In this document: positions 53,061 to 64,000 of the stretch, in pieces
How positions within the stretch are numbered: the stretch's first letter is position 1
How the letters are laid out: each line of letters starts with the position of its first letter
Assembly (NCBI GenBank): GCA_951406725.2
Contig: OX597818.1
Location: 108,190,001-108,254,000 of the forward strand
DNA from: Octopus vulgaris
Lineage: Eukaryota
DNA length: 64,000 bases
Reading direction: 5' to 3'
Made by a program: the position numbers and the translations under genes
The notes under the pieces: model-generated
Seen by the model: only the letters and a program-made list of their open reading frames with translations
Told to the model about the DNA's origin: nothing
The model's database searches: none

Positions 53061-55219
53061 GCACTGTTTGCACATTTTGGGACACTACTACTACTACTAC
53101 TACTACTACCAATTTACATGCAAAGCATTAGTCAGCTTAGTGCTCTAGTAGAAGATTCTTGCTCAAGGTGTTGTGGAACAGAACTGAACGCAAAACCACA
53201 CGTTTGGGAAATGAATTTCTTGCACAGCCATAGCTGCATCCATGTCTTGTGTGTGTGTGTGTGTGTGAAGAGAGAGAGGGAGAACAGCTGAAGTTTTTCC
53301 ATTTGTACACTCTATTATGTATGATGACAATTATCCATATATTTTTATTAATAAGCTAATTACTAATAATTGCCACAAGACATAATTAAGGAGGATGGAG
53401 TTGGCTAACACTCAAATATTCAAATTTACATCTACCTCATAAGTGTTGTAGTAGCTGTTGCTATGACACTGTTGTTTATACTTTATGAATGTGAGCCAAG
53501 AATTTACAAGTAAAAGAGAACGCATTCTGAGTCGGTGCCGTTCTGACTCTAGACAACCTCAATGCCAGGACCATGGGACAGTCTTTTGTTTTGCTCTATC
53601 CAAGAAAGAACTTTTATCTAGCATCCCTAGAAACCTTTGCAAGGGTCTGTCGTTTCTATATTACTCTAATCTCAAATATGTCAACCTGTAGACTGTCTTT
53701 TGTATGTATGTAAAATGTTAAACGTAAGATGCTAAATGTAAGATGTAGCACGGTTTTCTTTTAAATGTTATGCAGCCTGCACCCTTATATATCTTGATGT
53801 TTGCATTGAGATCGCTTCAGCTGTATCTTGAAAATAGATGTGTTTTACTTTGACAAATACAACCACTAAATTCTCTCCTCTCTAATCATCTCATGCTCTT
53901 TGTTTTCACCCTTCTACATACAGGACCCTGTTCTAATATCATTGGGACATGCAAATCCAGTCTGACATTCCAGTGACCACAGGTCACCCACGCCATGCTG
54001 CAACATCAAAGTGACGATGAGCCATGTGTCTACTTCGTGTTCAGTATCTCTGGTTGTGAGTCTCATGTTTCTTTGATCCAGAACTGGGACCCAAATGCAT
54101 CCTCAGAAATGGGTCTAAACAATTCAGAGCCTATTTTTTAAGCCGCATTATTTATTTTTAAAAGCAGAGCAAATAGTGCCATAGTTTTTGTTGTTTTCTG
54201 AGGTAATTTCAGCCAATATGTCTGAGAAGACTTGTTGTCTAACTTGATGTGAGAAAAATTTAATCTGTTTCCATCTTTTCAAAGACAGAGATATAAAATT
54301 TTTATCTTCACCTTCCTTTGGATTATTTCCTGAGGCAATGAAATGCTGTTGGGTTTTACAAATTCTTCCAATCAATATTTTTTACTTGTAAATGTGACAG
54401 GTCTATAAATTCTATCTTCTGTTCATTTAGAGTTGAGGGTTGGTTTGTCTTTAGTTGTTAAAGGAATCAGCCACAGAATTTGGAATCATGTAAAATTGCT
54501 ACCCTTGGTGTTGTTCCTGGACTGTCTTATAAATTATTTATTGAAGTATTTGAGGCATTTTATTCAATTAAATGTTCACCAAAGTGTTTATTTTCTTCCA
54601 CCTCTGCTACATTTAGTCACATGTTTTGATTTTGAGTTGTTTTTTCTATTTTCAGCCATTGCTGTGTTTTGTCATGTAGCCATGATCATGTGGTCGCCAT
54701 TTTGGATGTGAAAATGTAATCTTCATAAATAAAATTTAAAATTTTGCGAAACAAACTTTTGTTTTTTCTTGTCCCAGGATTGAAGAGTAGTTCCTCCTTA
54801 GGTAATTATCTTTCTTCTACAAGTACTCCTGAGAAAATTTCATTTGGAAGTGTTTCAAGTAAAACATGTTTTGAAGGGAAAATTCGAAAAGCAACTTCAC
54901 AATAAGAGAGCGAACAATCGTAAGAAGAACAACAACAGCTACAACGGTTTCTTTTATTGTTGAGAGGAGAATCAATGAAGAGGATATTACGGAACGGTTA
55001 CATAGAATATATATAAATAGAATGGGGGAAATAAATAAATAAATTCAATGAAATAAAAAGTATAGAAAAAAAATAGCAGTACAGCTGTACTTGTGTAGAA
55101 AGACATTCGACCAGGAATAGAATCTGCAATGAATTCATGATCATACTGGCCATCAAAGATAAACGTCCTCTCCTTACAGCAGCAAATGGCGACAAGACTG
55201 AAGTTTGTTAGATTATACA

Positions 55220-55259
<40 letters not shown>

Positions 55260-55379
55260 ATTTTTAATTATTTGAGATCTTCCTTTGTGGAAGGAGCTGG
55301 TCCTTAACAAAGATATAAAGCTTCATCATTGGAATGTAGATCACAAAAGCAATGTTTCGTTTTAAACTTGAGAAAAGTC

Positions 55380-57170
55380 TTGCATACTTTTACTGTTCCA
55401 CTTACAGGTTGTATCTGTAATGTGTGAATCGGTTGATTTCTGTTTCTGAAAGCCTCGGCTTTTCCAGATTATCACTAAGGGATTTACTCGCAAAATCAAA
55501 TGCACCAAGTATTACTGGTATGAATGTGAATTTATAATCTGGATATAGAAGCTGTGGGTTTTAAAGCAGTTGTCTGTAGTTATTCTCTTTGATCTTCAAA
55601 GAGAAACCCACTTCAACAGGGCAGTTGATTTCTATAATGGTACATCTAATGTGTATTCCAGAAATGTTGAGACTTTTTCAGGAGAGACATTTATTAATTT
55701 CAGAGAAGTGCAAAACTTTAAACTCCTTCAAAGTAGGATCCTTTGACTTCAATGCACTTATTGTAGCACTCCAGCCACTTTGTTAAGGCCCCATAGAAGT
55801 CCTCCAAAGTGAAGATGTCCAACCAGGACCCTTGTCACAGCCTCTTCTTCATCTTCTCTTTCATCTTCGAAGAACAACCAAAAGTCACTGGGAGCAAGGT
55901 CTGGACTGTAGGGAGGCATTGCTATCCATCTCTGTCAAGTAGTTGGTTACTGGGATGGAATTGTGTCCTGATGCATGTGCTCTGGCCTTTTGTGTAGAAA
56001 TCTCTTCTTGAACTCCCTGAAAACCTGCACAAAAGTCCTCTTTGTTGACCATCTGACCAGATGTGAATGATGCCCTTGCTGTTGAAGAAGGAGATCATCT
56101 TCTACATTCCAGTGGACTTCCTCATGCAAGGTGATCCAGAAGCAGTCTGGAGCATTCCATAAGCTTCTGCCACGTTTTTGTCCAGTTTAACACAAAACTT
56201 TATTCCATAACCAGTTTCCAAATTGCTTTGACATTCCGACTTCATTCTGAAAACCACCCAGTTGCAGCAAGCAGTGTTTAGTAGGATGGGTTCAAATTGC
56301 CATTGAAGGCGTCTCCTTCAAAATGGATAAATACAATCTTGGCAGGTCAGCTTATTAGATGTATAGTAATTCCATACTAAAATTACAATAATCTAGAATA
56401 GCTTTAGCTGCCTCGTCTAAAAAAGTCTCAAAACTTCTGGAATGCACCTTGTAATTTTCTTGTCTGTCCCAAGCAAATATATCTGGACCATTTTTGCTGG
56501 CATTTTATAGAAGAATTGATGGGAATGTTCTTCCAATATTTCTTGTGTTAATGTTTGTGAATGTATTCATTAACAGGAAGATTCCCAATATTTTTATCCC
56601 AGGAAAGTCTTTTTTTGAATGGCATTGTGTTTTAGCAACATCATGTTGCATTGGAACATAGTACCTTGATAACACTTTTGTGTAGCTGCTGCTCTTGTGT
56701 TTGATGTCTTCCTCAGAAATGTGACATAACCAACATGTTTGGTTGCATATTGTTCGTGGAATGGAATTATTTTTGGCTCTTTGACTGTTTCAAACCAATT
56801 TCAATCTTGCTTCTTATCACTCTGTGACAACTACAGGACAGGTTTCAAAACATTGAAGTAGTTAACAAAATTAATACCAAGTGAATTCATTCTGAAAGCT
56901 TTTGTCTTTCTTTGAAATAATACAATCTAAATAATTGAAGGCTTTGATTCCGCCAGGTCCATTTCTGCTGTGCCTTCATTTTAAAGATTGCACCAGGTCT
57001 TTTGTTTATTCTATAGTAGATCTTTTGTTTGGCTAAATTACATATGGCCTTATCATCTTTCACCCTGCAAGAATTTTCCTTTCCAATGCTTTTTTTTACG
57101 CCTCATCTATTCATTCAAGTCTCTCTTTGTGACAGTGGAATCAGTCTGGCAATGGTCAGTTGTTTTGTTG
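55380..57170 (-). mobile_element. Decayed RLE-type non-LTR retrotransposon (third family) split by a mariner
   Basis: Minus-strand remnants CWLCHISEEDIKH..RYYVPMQHD, YWKNIPI..PDIFAWDRQE, then after the insertion IIEINCP..KENNY..QLLYPDYKFTFIPVILGA. Confidence 0.75.
55641..56453 (-). mobile_element. Decayed mariner
   Basis: Imperfect TIRs gtgtattccagaaatgttgagacttttt / aaaaagtctcaaaacttctggaatgcac. C-terminus GSYFEGV*. Confidence 0.75.
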
Positions 57171-57297
57171 AGATTTAGAATAGAATAAAGTTGGCAGAAC
57201 GGTTAGGATGCAAGACAAAATGCTTAGCAGAATTTCGCTTGGCTTTACATTCTGAGTTCAAATTCCACTGAGGTTGACTTTGTAATGGATACATAAG

Positions 57298-57509
57298 TAC
57301 ATACATACATACAAGTATACATACATACATACATACATACATACACACATACAAGTATACATACAAGTATACATACAAGTATACATACATACATACATAC
57401 ATACATGCATACATACATGCATACATGCATACATATATGCATGCATACATACATACATACATACATACATACATACATACATACATACATACATACATAC
57501 ATACATACA

Positions 57510-57597
<88 letters not shown>
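57298..57597. repeat. (CATA)n + (TA)n microsatellite
   Basis: Directly visible. Confidence 0.95.
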
Positions 57598-57600
<3 letters not shown>

Positions 57601-57871
57601 GTGCCTGCACACACATACATGTATACCCCATATACATACAAATATATGTACACATGTAACTGAAAGGTAAAACAAGTGGAATACTAATTAAGGTAAATCA
57701 AACCAGGACAAGGAAGAAGGTTCTCCTACAAAAAATGTATTAACAGGTGTTTGTATGTGTGTATGTGTGTCTATGTGTGTGTGTGTTTTTATGTGTATGT
57801 GTGTACGTTTGTGTGTGTGTGTGTGCGTTTGTGTGTGTGTGTATGTTTGTGTGTTTGTGTGTGTGTGTATT

Positions 57872-57941
<70 letters not shown>

Positions 57942-58525
57942 AGTGAGTGTGTGTGCAGTAGGCCAGATCTCATAGCCCAAACAACTTGGACCAATTGGCA
58001 TCACAGGTGTTGCTGTGTCAAAACTCCAAAAGGCAGAATATTTTCTGCAAAACAGCTCAGCCTTTGGCACTTTTCTTTGCCAAACTTGAAAAAAAATGGG
58101 AAGTAAAGTTAACTTTAGCAGAATTTGAGCTTAGAATGCATGGGATGAGAACAAATGCTGCGAGGGATGATTCTATCCAATGCCCTAACCGCAGTCTGAC
58201 AATAAATTCTTTATTTCCAATCTTGACAGAACTATCAAAGCAAGATTGAATGTAAACAATCAAATGGCCTGAAAACTATTTGCTTCCATCATTGCAGATT
58301 CTACAAGATAAACTGGAGCTTAACAAAACAATGAACCACATTCATAAAAAGACCCGCAGTACAATGTATCTGTTCAACACACACACAAACACACAAGCAA
58401 GCACACATACAAACACATGTATATAAACAATGGGAGAGGAATATTTCTAAGCATCCCTAGATACACAAATGAACAAAGGGAAAAATATCTCAGTACCTTT
58501 TTTTACAGGTAATATTACATACATA

Positions 58526-58725
58526 AGGTAAGGAGCTGGCAGAATCGTTAACACACCTGGCAAAATGCTGAGTGACATTGCTTCAGTTTTTACATTCTGT
58601 GTTCAAACTCTGCTAAGGTTAGCATTGTCTTTCATCTCTTAAAATACGTACCAGCTGAATAGCAGAGTCAATTTAATTCACTTGCCCCACCCCCAAGAAT
58701 ACTGGCTTTTTGCCAAAATCTGAAG
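58526..58725 (+). mobile_element. SINE family B, decayed
   Basis: ggagctggcagaatcgttaa head. Confidence 0.7.
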
Positions 58726-58911
58726 CCAATACTAAATTCACAAGGTTATAATTTCACATTCTACTTGCCCATGGATCTAGGTTTCATGTTTCCATTTTTG
58801 GATGGAACTGCTGGAATCGATTCACTTCAATGTCAGTATTTGTCAACGAAGGTTGTTTGTTTGGTTTCCCTCTTCTGGTTTCTCATGCAGCTACAATGAC
58901 ACACACCAGAT

Positions 58912-59092
58912 AAAAAGTACCCACTAAATTCTGTAAAGTGGTTGGCATTAGGATGGGCATGCAGCCATAGGAACCATATCGAAGCAGTCAGTAAGCTTGG
59001 TGCAGTCTTTTGGCTTGCCAGATCCTATCAAACCATCCAACTCATGCCAACATGGAAGGCAGGCATTAAATGATATTAACAATGATGATGAT
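58912..59092 (+). mobile_element. RTE family extreme 3' end
   Basis: gtggttggcattaggatgggcatgcagc..catggaa..(GAT)n. Confidence 0.75.
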
Positions 59093-59116
59093 GTGTATAT
59101 ATATATATATATATAT

Positions 59117-59496
59117 CTTTTTTCTCTTTTACTTGTTTCAGTCATTTGACTGCGGCCATGCTGGAGCACCGCCTTTAGTCGAGCAAATTGACCCCAGGAC
59201 TTATTCTATCGGTCTCTTTTGCCGAACCGCTAAGTGACGGGGACATAAACATACCAGCATCGGTTGTCAAGCAATGCTAGGGGGACAAACACAGACACAA
59301 ACATACACCCATATATATATATATACATATATACGACAGGCTTCTTTCAGTTTCCGTCTACCAAATCCACTCACAAGGCATTGGTCGGCCCGAGGCTATA
59401 GTAGAAGACACTTGCCCAAGATGCCACGCAGTGGGACTGAACCCAGAACCATGTGGTTGGTTAGCAAGCTACTTACCACACAGCCACTCCTGCGCC
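59117..59496 (-). mobile_element. SINE family A, near full length
   Basis: Reverse complement of 50482-50884. Confidence 0.92.
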
Positions 59497-59514
59497 TACA
59501 ATATATATATATTG

Positions 59515-59578
<64 letters not shown>

Positions 59579-59581
<3 letters not shown>

Positions 59582-59885
59582 TGTGATCATGTGACCGACC
59601 AGTCCATCAGATGTAGTTACACATCGCTGGTCACAATGCGTTCGCATTGTTTTAGCCTTCGAATGACGCCACCCCGCTGGCTAAGCAAGCAGGCCAACAG
59701 AAGAAAGAGTGGGAGAAAGAGTGGTGAAAGAGTACAGCAGGGATCACCACCCCCTGCTGGAGCCTCGTGGAGCTCTTTAGGTGTTTTCGCTCAATAAACA
59801 CTCACAATGCCCGGTCTGGAAATCGAAACCGCGATCCTGCGACTGCGAGTCCGCTGCCCTAACCACTGGGCCATTGCACCTCCAC
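59579..59885 (-). mobile_element. tRNA-derived SINE family C, full length
   Basis: Minus strand A box tggcccagtgg and B-box-like ggtttcgatttcc. CpG-rich, which suggests a young copy. Confidence 0.85.
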
Positions 59886-60115
59886 ATATATATACGCACA
59901 CACAATCCCCTGCAAGTTAACACAGGGCCTCCTAATGACAATGTAAACTTCACTTAATCAAGGTATCTTTGGCCTGAAGAATAGCTTCCGGCCGTCCCCC
60001 TCGTCTGAACAGTTACTACTTCTGATGTCCTGTTAGCTGTGAAACATATCTAGTCCAGCATTTTATCTGCTCCATTCCCTAATTTTTGAATTTTTTCATA
60101 TATATTTATATATAT

Positions 60116-60280
60116 TTCGCCTGTCTTTATGTTCTGAATTCAAATTCCGTTGAGGTTGACTTTGCCTTTCATCCTTTCGGGGTCAATAAATTAAGTACCA
60201 GTTGTGTACTGGAGCCAGTCTAATTAACAGCACCCCCACCCCCACTTCCAAAATTTCAGGCCTTGTGCCTAGAGTAGAAA
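60116..60280 (+). mobile_element. SINE family B, 5'-truncated
   Basis: gactttgcctttcatcctttcggggtc..ggccttgtgcctagagtag. Confidence 0.8.
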
Positions 60281-61244
60281 AAAAAATATATATACACATA
60301 TACATATATACACACACACACTCACACTCACACTCACACACACACACACACACACGCACACACATATATATATATATATACACACACAGCATCTGCTAAT
60401 ATTTTGCATGTACCATGTCCTTGCATTGTTGGTTTTTTCTTGCTTTTCCTCATTTTGCAGGGTATTAACCATATATAACCATATTTATACATATAATATC
60501 TATAGGTATATATATTTATACACCTATATGCCCATATATAGTACGTGTGTATGTATATATATATATATATATATACATATATATATACATATATGTATAT
60601 ACGTATGTATGTATATTTACATGTATATGCTTGCGTAGTCTAAGTCTTGTGTATGTATGATGTATTGTTCTTTATCTATTTTTAGCAAAACATTTCAAAT
60701 CTTATCTCTTATTTAGGAATAAATTATGCATTTTATGAGAAATGGTTCTCATTCATATGGGACACCTCGATTGCTCTAATATTTCTGTGGTTCAAATTAG
60801 CTCTCTTCATGAGAAATTACCGTGGAAAGGTCTTCCTGTGGAGCGAGAGTCTTAACTACTTACGCCATGTATATTGCTGTAAAACAAGCTTTTACCAAGA
60901 AATTGATAGTTTCTTAGACACTTTTATTCTTGGAATTACTTTATTTTTTATATTTTTATCATTTTATATTTTCTTTTACAATTACTCATTTTTTTTCTGG
61001 TTTTCATGTTATTTTGATATATAAAGATATATGTATTTTTATTGATCAGTTTTTTTTTTTTGTTTGTGTTTTTCGGTTTGAGATATTTCTTTTCCCTTGT
61101 CAAACAAAGTGTGCCAGCATGGGAAAAGTAGATATTTTAAAAAGTTGAAGTTGTAGCTAATACTGATGACAATGACAACGATTATGATGATGACGATGTT
61201 AATGACAGCAGTCGTGGTGGTCGTGGCGCCAGCAGCGGTAGCAG

Positions 61245-61467
61245 TGGTGATGGTGGTGATGGCTGTGTTTGTAGTGTGGAATGACAACAACAACGATGAT
61301 CATAATGATGGTGGTGGTGGTGGTGGTGGTGGTGAGTGAGGTGGTGGTGATAGTGGTGGTGGTGGTGATGGTGGTGTTGGTGGTGATTGTGGTGTTGGTG
61401 GTGATTGTGGTGGTGATGGTAGTGGTGGTGATGGTGGTGGTGGTGGTGATTGTGGTGGTGGTGGTGT
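61245..61467. repeat. (TGG)/(TGA) microsatellite
   Basis: Directly visible. Confidence 0.9.
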
Positions 61468-61818
61468 GCATTAAATCTTTTTTGGTATTGAGATCTTTGT
61501 TTTTGCTTTTTTTTTGTAATATTTCTGAAATGTCTAATATGTGAGTACATTGTGCAGAATGGACCCCCATGTTCATGTTGCAGGAGTTCAACTCCTGTTG
61601 TGGCAATATACAAAATACATGTCCTACAATATCATCATCAGGCATACACTGCATGGATCTGGACATCTGAGGAATTCGGTGCAAGAACTTTCCATTTTGT
61701 TTCTTGGAATAACTGTCGTGCTGTTGGGGTTTTGTTTCCTTTTTGGGCTTTTAATGGAGGAATGGCTGGTGTTGGATGGATTGAGAAAGAATTTGTGTCT
61801 TCCTAGAAGTCAGGATAA

Positions 61819-62216
61819 AGTGCAAGTATGGCTTTGTGGTAAGAAGTTTGCTTCCTAACCAAATGGTTTCAGGTTCAGTCCCACTGCGTGGCACCTTGAG
61901 TGAGTGTTTTCTACAACAGCCTTAGACCAACCAAAACCTTGTAACTGGATTTAGCAAAGAGAAACTGAAAGAAGCCCATCGTGTGCATGTGTGTGTTTGT
62001 GTGTGTGTGTGTGTGCATACCTCACCACATCTTGACAACCAGTGTTGGTGTATTCCTGTCTCCTTGACTTAGTGGTTCAGCAGAAGAGATTAATGGAACA
62101 AGAGCCAGGCTTTAAGTATATAGGTAATGGAGTCGATTCATTAGACTGAAATTTCTTCAAAGCAGTGCTCTAGCATGGCCACAGTCTATAGACCGAAACA
62201 AGAAAAAGATAAAGAT
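61819..62216 (+). mobile_element. SINE family A, decayed full length
   Basis: Head, internal TG tract and 3' end are recognisable. Confidence 0.8.
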
Positions 62217-62778
62217 ATCTCTGCTCATAGATTCTGAATTCTTCATGATGTGCTGCTTTATTTCTTGTATGTTCCACACAGTCAAAATACCATTTGCAGC
62301 CAATCTTTGCCATTGTTGCTCTGCGTATCATTCAAAGCAGCCCTCGGGCTATTTGCAGGTCTGTGAAATATGCAGGATCTTTTAACAGGAACATTTTCTA
62401 CCTGTATAACAATCCTAATTGAAGAAAGATGAGTAGGCGGATGTTCAAAGGTGACAGAGACCGTATTGGATGGAGAGAAGGAAGAGTGGTTGCAATTTAG
62501 TGGGTGAGAGCAGAGATTTTTTTTTCATTTTTTTGTAGTTTTCTAACTGATGTGACATTTCACTTTAAGAATTTCAGCTCACGTTTTAAGATGAGATATT
62601 TGATGTCTTTGGATATTAGCAGTGACAACAATGGTTCAACTTGACCATTCTTAATAGAATATTAATGTGTAATTAGGCAAAAGAATAGACAGTGAGTCAT
62701 GTTAGGTGTTGCATAAATGGATAGACTTCGTTTGGGACAAATGGAACTTAATGATTAAAAGTTAATTATGAATGATAT

Positions 62779-63008
62779 TTATTTCTTTATTGCCCACAGG
62801 GGGCTAAACATAGAGGGGACTGACAAGGACAAAGAAAGAGATTAAGTCAATTACATTTTAACTGTGTAACTGGTACTTGTTTAATTGAGCCGAAAGGATG
62901 AAAGGCAAATTCGACCTCAGCAGAATTTGAACTCAGAATGTAAAGACAGACGAAATACCGATAAGCAATTCGCCCAGCATGCTAACGATTCTGCCAGCTC
63001 GCTTCCTT
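62779..63008 (-). mobile_element. SINE family B (tail type 1)
   Basis: Matches 37131-37362. Confidence 0.88.
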
Positions 63009-63027
63009 AAGTAATATGATCTTTACT

Positions 63028-63234
63028 GTTCTAGGCACAAGGCCCGAAATTTTTGGGGAGGGGACCAGTCGATTAGATAAATCCCAGTGCGTAACTGGTT
63101 CTTAATTTATCGACCCCAAAAGGATGAAAGGCAAAGTCGACCTCAGTGGAATTTGAACTCAAAACCTAACGGCGGACAAAATATGGGTAAGAATTTCACC
63201 CAGAGTTCTAACAATTCTGCCAGCTCACTGCCTT
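63028..63234 (-). mobile_element. SINE family B (tail type 2)
   Basis: Same head and body, with the tail matching 60240-60280. Confidence 0.85.
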
Positions 63235-63259
63235 TAACAATATTCTGTTTTGATGTTTG

Positions 63260-63700
63260 GTGAAAACAAGTCTCCTCAAATCTCAAGAATCCTTCTGAGG
63301 GTTCTTGCAGAATATAGGACAGTACTTTTCTGCAGGTTGACAATACGAGTTTCAATTCCAACCTCTTTCAGTCTTTTAAGTTGCATTTTGGATGTTGTGC
63401 CAAATGCACCAATTTACTACAGGAATAATTGTTATCCTGGTCTTCCACAGTCTACTCAGTTCTCTGGCTAAATCCTGATATTTGTCAAATTCTTCAATTA
63501 CTTTAGTATTGACTCTGCTATCATAAGGAATTGTAAAACCTATGATCTTTCACTGTTTGCTTATTTCATCCTCTTTGATCTTCAAAAGCAATTCTTGCTT
63601 TGGTCAGTCTTTATGAGGAAATCCCACAAGAAATTCTATGTCTTTGGACTTGTATGAACCTCATTCCTTGTAATCACTTTCATTAGTTTTATTAACACCT
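63260..63700 (-). mobile_element. Decayed R4/Dong-like RLE fragment
   Basis: Minus-strand remnants WDFLIKTDQ, EEFDKYQD and V(x)IGAFG. Confidence 0.6.
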
Positions 63701-64000
63701 CTTTAAGTTTGGCTTTTTAGTGAATCTTTACTTCTCAAAATATGATGTAATATGGTTGGGTCTCACATATAATATACAGTTGGTTGCAAAACTCTGATCA
63801 ACTACTATTATCCAAGCAATTAGTAGAGAAAATCTCCCAGTGCTAAAACAACATACCACAGAAATAACTCCGATAAGAATAATTTAGCAAAATTTTAGGC
63901 AACACAAATAGTTTGAACAGTTTCAATTTTTAAAGCCAAATCATGAAATCAATGGATATGTTCCTTTATTATTTAACCTCATCAGCAAAGTATGTTTTAT

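Noticed and set aside
53924-54055. Exon-like segment with good acceptor and donor
   Set aside because: There are stops in all three frames, so it is non-coding at best.
62285-62401. Minus-strand exon candidate (VENVPVKRSC..)
   Set aside because: The pyrimidine tract and donor are weak, and no homology was recognised.

Overview
This is AT-rich, microsatellite-dense eukaryotic DNA that looks like octopus intronic or intergenic sequence; the organism is inferred from the SINE and LINE repertoire, not verified. No intact host gene is visible, only one candidate 102-bp exon. Most ORFs in the track are translated microsatellites. The window is a mosaic of mostly decayed mobile elements. These include an RTE-clade LINE with a PHD-like finger inside its RT, (TAA)n-associated R4/Dong-like RLE retroelements, several mariners, Helitrons, Helentron-type HINEs and at least three tRNA-derived SINE families. 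The most unusual signal is a set of four unrelated short non-coding families carrying minimal, Penelope-type hammerhead ribozyme (HHR) motifs. Three of them occur as head-to-head palindromes (6.9, 17.6 and 20.4 kb) with one arm extended by a short tail. One of these fuses a Pol III tRNA head to the hammerhead, making it a candidate Penelope-mobilised SINE. All structures were folded by eye and need computational and in vitro confirmation.
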